64,000 nt of DNA from Scenedesmus sp. PABB004 (taxonomy: Eukaryota). The position numbers and the translations under genes were made by a program. How positions within the stretch are numbered: position 1 is the first letter of the stretch; every line of letters begins with the position of its first letter. Positions 1 through 11,915 of this stretch are shown one piece after another. The notes below the pieces were generated by a model. That model worked only from the letters and a program-made list of their open reading frames with translations, searched no databases and was not told the origin of the DNA. The DNA is taken from the NCBI GenBank assembly GCA_014905635.1, contig JABVCE010000018.1, positions 1 to 64,000 on the forward strand, read 5' to 3'.

Positions 1-3000
1 CACGCCAGCTCCGCCAGCTCCGGCGCCGCGCGGCGCTGGTAAGAGAAGACCCTGTCGCCGCTGACGCGCACCCCGCCGTGCAGCAGGCTCCAGCCAAAGT
101 GTCGCAGGGCGCGCGGCATGCGCGCCTGCTGCGCGGCGCGCGTAGCAGGCGGCCCAGGCGGGCGGCTCCGCGCGCTCGGCGGCGCGCGCCGGCGCAGTCG
201 CACCAGTGAGCGGGTCGACGAGGTCGTTGGCCGCTGGCTCCTGAACCAGGGTCCTGCGCTGCTCCAGCTGCTGCTCGCCGCCGCTCATGCTCCTCGCGCC
301 GCGCCGCGGCGGCAGCGGCCGCCGCCGGCCCGACGCGCTCCATGACGTGGCGCCGTGGGGGCGAGACTTTCTGCCACGCCGGCAGCCCAGGCTCCGGGTC
401 TGGCGTCTCGGCTCGCTGCCGCTCCGCCCAGCTGCGCTTCTGGCCCGCCTCCCGCCGGCGCGATGGCGCTGGCCGGGCAGGCCTGGCCGTATCCGGCGCG
501 CCAGAGGCCCGGCACGCAGCCACGCCGGCGCCGTCCAGCCCCCTGCCGGCGTGACCTCGCGCGCGCAGCGCAGCAGCTGCAAGCAGCCGCAGGGTCGCGC
601 CGCGCACCGTAAACTGCATGACCCGTGGCCGCGTGCCCGAGCCCCCACACGGAGGGGTCGACGCGGACGTCAGGCCAGAAGCCCACGAGGCACCAGCGCC
701 GCGCCCTGCTGTGCATCTCCGGCTGCTCCGCCGGCGCGCGCCGCCTGCCCCGGGCGCTCCGGCCGCCGCGCGCTGCGCGCCCGCCGCTGCCGCGGTGCCT
801 GCGCCGCGTCCACACAGCAGTCCTCCCACCCCCGCCGCGACCGTCTCGGGCGGGGGCTCGGCGGTGCGGAGCCTGCTGTCAGGCCCCACCTCGAAGAAGC
901 TCGCCGCTGCCCGCGCCCCCAGCGCCCACCGCCGTACCCACCGCACAGCGGGCGGCGGCGGCGGCGGCTGCGGCGGCTGCTCCACCGGCAGCGCCGCCAG
1001 CGGCTGCTGGGGCTGCTGCACCACGCGCCGCCGCCGGCGACGGCGGCGCCGCGCTGGGCCGCAGCGCCTGCCAACCCGGCGCGCTCGGCCCGCTGCGCGC
1101 GAGCGCCTGCTGCCACTCACCCGGCATGACGACGCCGTCGGCGGCCGGCCGCCACGGCAGGCGCGGCGCCGCCTGCCCGAGGCTGTCGCTGCGCAGCTCC
1201 GCGGGCAGGTCCTCGAGCGACGCGATGCGAGCGCCGCCCAGGGCCGCGCCGACGCTGCAGTTGCCCACCAGGGCCTCACCCTGATCTGCTCCACGGTCAT
1301 GCTGCCGTGGGGGATCACCCGGTGCACGCCGAGAGCCGCAAACGCGCAGGCGATCGCGCCCCACCGCCACGGCAGCTGCGCCGCAGCTCCAGCGCGGTGC
1401 CCTGCACGAGGGCGGCGGTGCCCCGGCCAGGCAGCGCGCGCGCGAAGCGCGCCGCCGCGGGTGGCTTCCAGGCCGCCCCCACCGGGTGCAACAGCCTGGC
1501 GGCCGTCTTGGCCAGCATTGCCGTGGTGAAGGCCGCGACGTCGACCTGCGCCTCGCCGCCCATGCTCGCGGGCAGGCACGCGATGGCCGCCCGCGGAACC
1601 TGCCTGATAATGCGGTTGTCGCTCTCGCGGATGCACCAGTTGCCGACGATGTAGGCGGTGACGCGCCGCTGGATGAGGCGCAGGAGGTCGGCCGGCACCG
1701 GCACAAACTGCGCGTGCCAGCCCACGCAGGCCGCGAGCACCTGGCGCGCAACGTGCCGGCGGCCCGGGCGCGTGAGCGCGTACCGCGACCAGTGCGCGAT
1801 GCGGCAGGTGATGGTGCGCAGCCGCTCGCGGTAAAGCTGCGCCGCGTGCCGCTCAACGCCGGTGGCAGAGAGCAGCACGCCCAGGTGCCTGACCGGCGCC
1901 TGCTCTGTGTCCGGGAAGCACACGCCCGTGCTGCACTCGACCAGCTGCCCGCTGCCATCCGGCTGCAGCTGCAGCGCCGGGTGGTCGCCCAGCAGCATGC
2001 CCTTGCACTTGGCCAGGTTGAGCTGCGCGCCGCTGGCCAGGCAGAACGGCGCGACGGCGCCGTCCAGCAGCCGCTTGGCGCTCTCCACTGACGCTGCGTG
2101 CAGGGTGGTGTCGTCTGCGTGCTGGTGGCAGCAGGGCGCCGGCCCTGCGCCGCCGGGCAGCTGCAGGCTGGCAAAACCGGGCTGCCGCTGCACGCGCCGG
2201 CACATGGCCGCCAGCGGCTGCGCCGCCAGCACATACAGCAGCGGGCTGAGCGGGCTGCCCTGCGCGCAGCCCGACGCCACGCTGAACTCGCGGCTGACAT
2301 GGCCGCCGTTGAAGGCGACGCGCGCCCGCGTGCCTGCGAGCAGCAGGCGGACCCAGCGCGTGGTTGCGTCGGGCAGGCCCATGCGCGCGAGGCACCTGAA
2401 CAGCCAGCCGCGGTCGAGGCGGTCGTAGGCCTTGGCAAAGTCGAGGAACAGCAGGCAGCCCGGCGCGCGCGCATCTTGGTGTCTGCGTTGAGCAGCGTGA
2501 TGGGGCGGTAGCTGCTGACCGCCTCGCGCGGCTGGCCGCCCTTGTGGATCAGCGTGATGAGCCCGAGCCGCTGCGTCGCCGCGAGCTGCGGCGCGCCGGC
2601 TGCCTGGTTGAGGTAGTGATAGTTGAAAGCTTGGACGAGCGGCTCGCCCAGCACCTCCCACAGGGCCGCGTAGGCCTCGCAGGTGAGGCCGTCGCTGCCC
2701 GGCGCCGCGCCGCGCGGCAGGCCGGCCAGCGCCGCCGTCGCCTCGGCGAGCGTGAGCAGCCCCTCGGGGTCCTGCCCGCGGCAGGCCCGCTGCTCGGCTG
2801 CCGAGAGCTGCCGGTCCAGCGCGTCCAGCATGCAGTCCTGCTGCTGCTGGTCGGTCGGCCGGACGCCGAACATGCCGCCCGGCACGTCCGCGTCGAAGAA
2901 GTCGGCGATGATGCGGCCGCCCTCCTGGACGCCTGCCCTGGAGGTAAGCGGCACGGCGGGCTGGCCCGGGCGGGCGAGCGCGTGAATTGGCTGCGCGCCG

Positions 3001-3245
3001 CCCGGCGCGCGGCCCAGGCGGTGGAACCAGCGGCTGGGCCCTCGCCGCACTCTTCCCATACCGCCTCCAGAGCGTCCGCCTGCTGCCGCCGCTGCGCCGC
3101 CTCCGCCGCGGCGAGCGCCCGCTCTGCGGCGAGGGCGTTAGCGGCGGCCTCGGGGCAGCCGTACTGCTGGCTGCCTGCCGCCCAGCGCGCTGCGCGCAGC
3201 GCGTGCCGCAGCTGGTGGAGCTCCTGCTGCTCCTGCTGCCGGCGG
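1..3245 (-). mobile_element. L1-clade non-LTR retrotransposon ORF2 segment (RT and downstream region), defective; continues off the window edge
   Basis: Minus-strand frames give APGSDGL, YRPITLLNADTK, LLFLDFAKAYDRL, GCAQGSPLSPLLY, HQHADDT and RHLGV. The segment is the reverse complement of about 11911-15146. It has several frameshifts. Confidence 0.92.
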
Positions 3246-4186
3246 CGCCACGTCATGGAGCGCGTCGGGCCGGCGGCGGCCGCTGCCGCCGCGGCGCGGC
3301 GCGAGGAGCATGAGCAGCGGCGGGAGCAGCAGCTGGAGCAGCGCAGGACCCTGGTTCAGGAGCCGGCGGCCAACGACCTCGTCGACCCGCTCACTGGTGC
3401 GACTGCGCCGGCGCGCGCCGGCGAGCGCGCGGAGCCGCCCGCCTGGGCCGCCTGCTACGCGCGCGCGCAGCAGGCGCGCATGCCGCGCGCCCTGCGACAC
3501 TTTGGCTGGAGCCTGCTGCACGGCGGGGTGCGCGTCAGCGGCGACAGGGTCTTCTCTTACCAGCGCGCGGCGCCGGAGCTGGCGGAGCTGGCGTGCCCGC
3601 ACCCGCTCTGCCGCGCGCAGCAGCAGCCGCCGCTGGAGACGCTCGGCCACGTCCTCGGCGGATGCCCCGTGGCGGCGGCGGTGCTGCAGTGGTTTGCTCA
3701 CCTCTGGGCGCGGCTGCAGCCGGGCTTCCCGCGCGCGCCGCCCCCGCCCAGGGTGATGCTGGCGGACGACTTTGCCAGGTCGGGCGTCGCGCCGGAGCTG
3801 CAGCAGCTCTGGACGCACCTCCGCCTGCTGCTGCTGCGCGCCCCCTGCTCGCCGCGCGCGCGCGGCACGGCGGCGGCCAGCCCGGGCACGCGCCTGTGGC
3901 GGCGATTCGCATCTTTGTGTACTCGGTGCGCGACGCAGTCGTGCTGGACTGGCGCAAGGCAGCGATGGACGTGCGCGCGCTGGCGGGCGTGCCGCGCTCC
4001 TGGCTGTCGGGCTCCGGCAAGGAGCTCACTCGGGCGGATTTCGAACGCCGGTGGTGCCACCGAGGGGTCATCGCGCGCACGGGCCAGCACGGGGGCCGCT
4101 TCACAATGGAGTTCCGGCTCACCGCAGCGGGCGTGCCGGCGCTGCCGGCGGCGCCGGCGCTGGCCCCGCCGGCGGCGCAGGACCCC

Positions 4187-4217
<31 letters not shown>

Positions 4218-4954
4218 AGCGCGGCGGCTAGCTGCAGGGGCCGGGGGGTCCGCGGCCGGGCTTGTTGCGACCCCGGCTGGCTGCGTGTCGCGCCTCTTCT
4301 GCAGCGTGCAAGGTTGGGCGGTGTCCGCCCGTGCCGCGGGGCTGGTGTCTGCGTGTTTGTCGTCGCGCGGCGAGGGGGCTGCAGCCGATGGGGCCGGCCC
4401 CTGGCGCCGCCGGCGTGTTTGGCGGCTGCACGCGCTCCGTGCGCGGCGGCTTGGCGTGCTGCCTGCCCGGTGGGGCGGCTTTCTCGTCGGTGCGCGGTTT
4501 TCTCAGGGGTTTTTGCAGCACAGCCAATTGTTGCCCCCTGGTGTGTGCGTGTGTCGTCGCGCGGCGCGGGGGCTGATGCCGCTGAGGCCGGCCCCTGCCG
4601 CCGCCAGCGTGGATGGCGTTTGCGCGTGATCTCTGCGCGGAGGCTTGGAGCCGGTGCACCTCGCTGCACCGATGCCCGGTGCGGCTCGCCGCACCGGAAG
4701 GGGGGTGTGCGGCCTGATCTGCTGCTGCCCCTTTGATTGCGGGGCATCACCTGGTCTCCTTGGGCGCCCGTTGGGCGTTGGCCTCTGGCTGTGCTGTTGG
4801 GTGATGTGTGGGCCCCCTCTCGGGGGGCGCCGGGGCGCGGTTTTTCACGAGGGGTTGCTGCGCTCTTCCCGTTGGAGTTTTTTTCAGTGGGCTGCCCCTG
4901 GGCCTCGGTCCTTGTCTGGTCACCCATTGTAACAAAAAAAAAAAAAAAAAAAAA
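3242..4954 (+). mobile_element. L1-clade LINE 3' end: ORF2 C-terminus (zf-RVT-like), about 700-bp 3' UTR, poly(A) tail
   Basis: FGWSLLHG...CPHPLC...ETLGHVLGGCP motif, stop at 4229-4231, then TGTAAC followed by a poly(A) run at 4934-4954. Confidence 0.92.
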
Positions 4955-6264
4955 GAGGTCCGCCGCCGGCGGCCGCGGCGCGCCGCGCGCCGCGCGCCGC
5001 CCCGCCCGCGCGCGCGCCGCTCGGCGGCGCCGCGGTGCAGCGCTGCCGGGCGCCGTTCCCCCTGCCCCGCCGCCCCTGCGGAGCGGGGGTGCGGGGCTCA
5101 CACATGCTGCCCGGCCACGGGCTGCGCCGCCGAGGTCCGCCGCCGGCGGCCGCGCCGCGCCGCGGGCCGCGCGCCGCCCGCGCGCGCGCCGCTCGGCGGC
5201 GCCGCGGCGCAGCGCTGCCGGGCGCCGTTCCCCCTGCCCCGCCGCCCCTGCGGAGCGGGGGTGCGGGGCTCACACATGCTGCCCGGCCACGGGCTGCGCC
5301 GCCGAGGTCCGCCGCCGGCGGCCGCGCCGCGCCGCGGGCCGCGCGCCGCCCGCGCGCGCGCCGCTCGGCGGCGCCGCGGCGCAGCGCTGCCGGGCGCCGT
5401 TCCCCCTGCCCCGCCGCCCCTGCGGAGCGGGGGTGCGGGGCTCACACATGCTGCCCGGCCACGGGCTGCGCCGCCGAGGTCCGCCGCCGGCGGCCGCGCC
5501 GCGCCGCGGGCCGCGCGCCGCCCGCGCGCGCGCCGCTCGGCGGCGCCGCGGCGCAGCGCTGCCGGGCGCCGTTCCCCCTGCCCCGCCGCCCCTGCGGAGC
5601 GGGGGTGCGGGGCTCACACATGCTGCCCGGCCACGGGCTGCGCCGCCGAGGTCCGCCGCCGGCGGCCGCGCCGCGCCGCGGGCCGCGCGCCGCCCCGCCC
5701 GCGCGCGCGCCGCTCGGCGGCGCCGCGGCGCAGCGCTGCCGGGCGCCGTTCCCCCTGCCCCGCCGCCCCTGCGGAGCGGGGGTGCGGGGCTCACACATGC
5801 TGCCCGGCCACGGGCTGCGCCGCCGAGGTCCGCCGCCGGCGGCCGCGCCGCGCCGCGGGCCGCGCGCCGCCCCGCCCGCGCGCGCGCCGCTCGGCGGCGC
5901 CGCGGCGCAGCGCTGCCGGGCGCCGTTCCCCCTGCCCCGCCGCCCCTGCGGAGCGGGGGTGCGGGGCTCACACATGCTGCCCGGCCACGGGCTGCGCCGC
6001 CGAGGTCCGCCGCCGGCGGCCGCGCCGCGCCGCGGGCCGCGCGCCGCCCGCGCGCGCGCCGCTCGGCGGCGCCGCGGCGCAGCGCTGCCGGGCGCCGTTC
6101 CCCCTGCCCCGCCGCCCCTGCGGAGCGGGGGTGCGGGGCTCACACATGCTGCCCGGCCACGGGCTGCGCCGCCGAGGTCCGCCGCCGGCGGCCGCGCCGC
6201 GCCGCGGGCCGCGCGCCGCCCGTGCGCGCGCCGCTCGGCGGCGCCGCGGCGCAGCGCTGCCGGG
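4955..6264. repeat. GC-rich tandem satellite, about 7.5 units of 172/177 bp
   Basis: GAGGTCC unit starts at 4955, 5132, 5304, 5476, 5648, 5825, 6002 and 6174. Units are nearly identical. Confidence 0.97.
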
Positions 6265-6327
6265 GGGCCGGGGGGGTCCGCGGCCGGGCTTGCTGCGACC
6301 CCGGCTGGCTGCGTGTCGCGCCTCTTC

Positions 6328-6391
6328 TTTTTTTTTTTTTTTTGTTACAATGGGTGACCAGACAAGGACCGAGGCCCAGGGGCAGCCCACT
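6328..6391 (-). mobile_element. Very short inverted L1 3' end with tail
   Basis: Poly(T) at 6328-6343 followed by GTTACAATGGGTGACC..., the reverse complement of the element's last ~48 bp. Confidence 0.9.
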
Positions 6392-9132
6392 TTTTTGCAG
6401 CAAAGCCAACTGCTGCCCCCTGGTGTGTGCGTGTGTCGTCGCGCGGCGCGGGGGCTGATGCCGCTGAGGCCGGCCCCTGCCACCGCCAGCGTGGATGGCG
6501 TTTGCGCGTGATCTCTGCGCGGAGGCTTGGAGCCGGTGCACCTCGCTGCACCGATGCCCGGTGCGGCTCGCCGCACCGGAAGGGGGGTGTGCGGCCTGAT
6601 CTGCTGCTGCCCCTTTGATTGCGGGGCATCACCTGGTCTCCTTGGGCGCCCGTTGGGCGTTGGCCTCTGGCTGTGCCGTTGGGTGATGTGTGTGCCCCCT
6701 CTCGGGGGGCGCCGGGGCGCGGTTTTTCACGAGGGGTTGCTGCGCTCTTCCCGTTGGAGTTTTTTTCAATGGGCTGCCCCTGGGCCTCGGTCCTTGTCTG
6801 GTCACCCGTTGTAACCAAAAAAAAAAAAAAAAGGTTGGGCGGTGTCCCCCCGTGCCGCGGGGCTGGTGTCTGCGTGTTTGTCGTCGCGCGGCGAGGGGGC
6901 TGCAGCCGATGGGGCCGGCCCCTGGCGCCGCCGGCGTGTTTGGCGGCTGCACGCGCTCCGTGCGCGGCGGCTTGGCGTGCTGCCTGCCCGGTGGGGCGGC
7001 TTTCTCATCGGTGCGCGGCTTTCTCAGGGGTTTTTGCAGCAAAGCCAACTGCTGCCCCCTGGTGTGTGCGTGTGTCGTCGCGCGGCGCGGGGGCTGATGC
7101 CGCTGAGGCCGGCCCCTGCCGCCGCCAGCGTGGATGGCGTTTGCGCGTGATCTCTGCGCGGAGGCTTGGAGCCGGTGCACCTCGCTGCACCGATGCCCGG
7201 TGCGGCTCGCCGCACCGGAAGGGGGGTGTGCGGCCTGATCTGCTGCTGCCCCTTTGATTGCGGGGCATCACCTGGTCTCCTTGGGCGCCCGTTGGGCGTT
7301 GGCCTCTGGCTGTGCCGTTGGGTGATGTGTGTGCCCCCTCTCGGGGGGCGCCGGGGCGCGGTTTTTCACGAGGGGTTGCTGCGCTCTTCCCGTTGGAGTT
7401 TTTTTCAATGGGCTGCCCCTGGGCCTCGGTCCTTGTCTGGTCACCCGTTGTAACAAAAAATCAAAAAAAAAAAAAAAAAAAGCGTGCAAGGTTGGGCGGT
7501 GTCCCCCCGTGCCGCGGGGCTGGTGTCTGCGTGTTTGTCGTCGCGCGGCGAGGGGGCTGCAGCCGATGGGGCCGGCCCCTGGCGCCGCCGGCGTGTTTGG
7601 CGGCTGCACGCGCTCCGTGCGCGGCGGCTTGGCGTGCTGCCTGCCCGGTGGGGCGGCTTTCTCATCGGTGCGCGGCTTTCTCAGGGGTTTTTGCAGCAAA
7701 GCCAACTGCTGCCCCCTGGTGTGTGCGTGTGTCGTCGCGCGGCGCGGGGGCTGATGCCGCTGAGGCCGGCCCCTGCCGCCGCCAGCGTGGATGGCGTTTG
7801 CGCGTGATCTCTGCGCGGAGGCTTGGAGCCGGTGCACCTCGCTGCACCGATGCCCGGTGCGGCTCGCCGCACCGGAAGGGGGGTGTGCGGCCTGATCTGC
7901 TGCTGCCCCTTTGATTGCGGGGCATCACCTGGTCTCCTTGGGCGCCCGTTGGGCGTTGGCCTCTGGCTGTGCCGTTGGGTGATGTGTGTGCCCCCTCTCG
8001 GGGGGCGCCGGGGCGCGGTTTTTCACGAGGGGTTGCTGCGCTCTTCCCGTTGGAGTTTTTTTCAATGGGCTGCCCCTGGGCCTCGGTCCTTGTCTGGTCA
8101 CCCGTTGTAACAAAAAATCAAAAAAAAAAAAAAAAAAGCGTGCAAGGTTGGGCGGTGTCCCCCCGTGCCGCGGGGCTGGTGTCTGCGTGTTTGTCGTCGC
8201 GCGGCGAGGGGGCTGCAGCCGATGGGGCCGGCCCCTGGCGCCGCCGGCGTGTTTGGCGGCTGCACGCGCTCCGTGCGCGGCGGCTTGGCGTGCTGCCTGC
8301 CCGGTGGGGCGGCTTTCTCATCGGTGCGCGGCTTTCTCAGGGGTTTTTGCAGCAAAGCCAACTGCTGCCCCCTGGTGTGTGCGTGTGTCGTCGCGCGGCG
8401 CGGGGGCTGATGCCGCTGAGGCCGGCCCCTGCCGCCGCCAGCGTGGATGGCGTTTGCGCGTGATCTCTGCGCGGAGGCTTGGAGCCGGTGCACCTCGCTG
8501 CACCGATGCCCGGTGCGGCTCGCCGCACCGGAAGGGGGGTGTGCGGCCTGATCTGCTGCTGCCCCTTTGATTGCGGGGCATCACCTGGTCTCCTTGGGCG
8601 CCCGTTGGGCGTTGGCCTCTGGCTGTGCCGTTGGGTGATGTGTGTGCCCCCTCTCGGGGGGCGCCGGGGCGCGGTTTTTCACGAGGGGTTGCTGCGCTCT
8701 TCCCGTTGGAGTTTTTTTCAATGGGCTGCCCCTGGGCCTCGGTCCTTGTCTGGTCACCCGTTGTAACAAAAAATCAAAAAAAAAAAAAAAAAAGCGTGCA
8801 AGGTTGGGCGGTGTCCCCCCGTGCCGCGGGGCTGGTGTCTGCGTGTTTGTCGTCGCGCGGCGAGGGGGCTGCAGCCGATGGGGCCGGCCCCTGGCGCCGC
8901 CGGCGTGTTTGGCGGCTGCACGCGCTCCGTGCGCGGCGGCTTGGCGTGCTGCCTGCCCGGTGGGGCGGCTTTCTCATCGGTGCGCGGCTTTCTCAGGGGG
9001 TTTTGCAGCAAAGCCAACTGCTGCCCCCTGGTGTGTGCGTGTGTCGTCGCGCGGCGCGGGGGCTGATGCCGCTGAGGCCGGCCCCTGCCGCCGCCAGCGT
9101 GGATGGCGTTTGCGCGTGATCTCTGCGCGGAG

Positions 9133-9453
9133 ATAAAGATAAAGATAATTACACCACAGGCTCGCGCCCATTGGTCCCGAGCCCCTTAAGGACGGTGTCC
9201 CGCATCTTCCAGATGTCCATCACATAATCTGCCACAGAGTGAACAGCAAGCTGATCCTGCAGCAGGTCACCAAGCAGATAACGCCGAGCCTGCTCCAGTG
9301 CTGCACACCGACTCGCCGCGCCGGTAACGGCAGCCCGAGGGGCCGCCGCACCAGCAGAGATGCTGCTGACGCTGACCGCCGCGCTGACATCATCAGCCCG
9401 AGGGGCCGCCGTATCAGCCGTGACGCCGCTATCGCTGATGCTGATCGCCGCGC
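9133..9453 (-). mobile_element. 5'-truncated RTE/RTEX-like LINE with (TATCTT)n tail, inserted in an L1 3' UTR
   Basis: Encodes ...VADYVMDIWKMRDTVLKGLGTNGREPVV*, with the stop directly followed by TATCTT repeats. 10-bp TSD CTGCGCGGAG at 9123-9132 and 9454-9463. Confidence 0.85.
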
Positions 9454-9843
9454 CTGCGCGGAGGCTTGGAGCCGGTGCACCTCGCTGCACCGATGCCCGG
9501 TGCGGCTCGCCGCACCGGAAGGGGGGTGTGCGGCCTGATCTGCTGCTGCCCCTTTGATTGCGGGGCATCACCTGGTCTCCTTGGGCGCCCGTTGGGCGTT
9601 GGCCTCTGGCTGTGCCGTTGGGTGATGTGTGTGCCCCCTCTCGGGGGGCGCCGGGGCGCGGTTTTTCACGAGGGGTTGCTGCGCTCTTCCCGTTGGAGTT
9701 TTTTTCAATGGGCTGCCCCTGGGCCTCGGTCCTTGTCTGGTTACCCGTTGTAACAAAAAAAAAAAAAAAGCCAACTGCTGCCCCCTGGTGTGTGCGTGTG
9801 TCGTCGCGCGGCGCGGGGGCTGATGCCGCTGAGGCCGGCCCCT

Positions 9844-10032
9844 TTTTTTTTTTTTTTTTTTTTTGTTACAACGGGTGACCAGACAAGGACCGAGGCCCAG
9901 GGGCAGCCCATTGAAAAAAACTCCAACGGGAAGAGCGCAGCAACCCCTCGTGAAAAACCGCGCCCCGGCGCCCCCCGAGAGGGGGCACACACAATACCCA
10001 ACGGCACAGCCAGAGGCCAACGCCCAACGGGC
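9844..10032 (-). mobile_element. 5'-truncated inverted L1 3' end inserted in another L1 3' UTR
   Basis: Poly(T) followed by the reverse complement of the 3' end. TSD GCCGGCCCCT at 9834-9843 and 10033-10042. Confidence 0.9.
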
Positions 10033-10205
10033 GCCGGCCCCTGCCGCCGCCAGCGTGGATGGCGTTTGCGCGTGATCTCTGCGCGGAGGCTTGGAGCCGG
10101 TGCACCTCGCTGCACCGATGCCCGGTGCGGCTCGCCGCACCGGAAGGGGGGTGTGCGGCCTGATCTGCTGCTGCCCCTTTGATTGCGGGGCGTCACCTGG
10201 TCTCC

Positions 10206-10941
10206 TTTTTTTTTTTTTTTTTTTTGTTACAATGGGTGACCAGACAAGGACCGAGGCCCAGGGGCAGCCCACTGAAAAAAACTCCAACGGGAAGAGCGCA
10301 GCAACCCCTCGTGAAAAACCGCGCCCCGGCGCCCCCCGAGAGGGGGCCCACACATCACCCAACAGCACAGCCAGAGGCCAACGCCCAACGGGCGCCCAAG
10401 GAGACCAGGTGATGCCCCGCAATCAAAGGGGCAGCAGCAGATCAGGCCGCACACCCCCCTTCCGGTGCGGCGAGCCGCATCGGGCATCGGTGCAGCGAGG
10501 TGCACCGGCTCCAAGCCTCCGCGCAGAGATCACGCGCAAACGCCATCCACGCTGGCGGCGGCAGGGGCCGGCCTCAGCGGCATCAGCCCCCGCGCCGCGC
10601 GACGACACACGCACACACCAGGGGGCAGCAGTTGGCTTTGCTGCAAAAACCCCTGAGAAAGCCGCGCACCGATGAGAAAGCCGCCCCACCGGGCAGGCAG
10701 CACGCCAAGCCGCCGCGCACGGAGCGCGTGCAGCCGCCAAACACGCCGGCGGCGCCAGGGGCCGGCCCCATCGGCTGCAGCCCCCTCGCCGCGCGACGAC
10801 AAACACGCAGACACCAGCCCCGCGGCACGGGGGGACACCGCCCAACCTTGCACGCTGCAGAAGAGGCGCGACACGCAGCCAGCCGGGGTCGCAGCAAGCC
10901 CGGCCGCGGACCCCCCGGCCCCTGCAGCTAGCCGCCGCGCT

Positions 10942-10972
<31 letters not shown>

Positions 10973-11915
10973 GGGGTCCTGCGCCGCCGGCGGGGCCAGC
11001 GCCGGCGCCGCCGGCAGCGCCGGCACGCCCGCTGCGGTGAGCCGGAACTCCATTGTGAAGCGGCCCCCGTGCTGGCCCGTGCGCGCGATGACCCCTCGGT
11101 GGCACCACCGGCGTTCGAAATCCGCCCGAGTGAGCTCCTTGCCGGAGCCCGACAGCCAGGAGCGCGGCACGCCCGCCAGCGCGCGCACGTCCATCGCTGC
11201 CTTGCGCCAGTCCAGCACGACTGCGTCGCGCACCGAGTACACAAAGATGCGAATCGCCGCCACAGGCGCGTGCCCGGGCTGGCCGCCGCCGTGCCGCGCG
11301 CGCGCGGCGAGCAGGGCGCGCAGCAGCAGCAGGCGGAGGTGCGTCCAGAGCTGCTGCAGCTCCGGCGCGACGCCCGACCTGGCAAAGTCGTCCGCCAGCA
11401 TCACCCTGGGCGGGGGCGGCGCGCGCGGGAAGCCCGGCTGCAGCCGCGCCCAGAGGTGAGCAAACCACTGCAGCACCGCCGCCGCCACGGGGCATCCGCC
11501 GAGGACGTGGCCGAGCGTCTCCAGCGGCGGCTGCTGCTGCGCGCGGCAGAGCGGGTGCGGGCACGCCAGCTCCGCCAGCTCCGGCGCCGCGCGCTGGTAA
11601 GAGAAGACCCTGTCGCCGCTGACGCGCACCCCGCCGTGCAGCAGGCTCCAGCCAAAGTGTCGCAGGGCGCGCGGCATGCGCGCCTGCTGCGCGCGCGCGT
11701 AGCAGGCGGCCCAGGCGGGCGGCTCCGCGCGCTCGCCGGCGCGCGCCGGCGCAGTCGCACCAGTGAGCGGGTCGACGAGGTCGTTGGCCGCCGGCTCCTG
11801 AACCAGGGTCCTGCGCTGCTCCAGCTGCTGCTCCCGCCGCTGCTCATGCTCCTCGCGCCGCGCCGCGGCGGCAGCGGCCGCCGCCGGCCCGACGCGCTCC
11901 ATGACGTGGCGCCGC
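10206..11915 (-). mobile_element. L1 3' end (ORF2 C-terminus, 3' UTR, tail), inverted
   Basis: Poly(T) at 10206-10225. Reverse complement of 3242-4954. ORF 10928..11902 carries the zf-RVT-like motif. Confidence 0.92.

Larger units (their letters stand above)
6265..10205 (+). mobile_element. Nested and tandem array of L1 3'-UTR fragments with poly(A) tails
   Basis: Pieces at 6265-6327, 6392-6832, 6833-7481, 7482-8137, 8138-8793, 8794-9769 and 9770-10205 all match the 3' UTR at 15784-16485. Tails end at 6832, 7481, 8137, 8793 and 9769. Confidence 0.95.
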
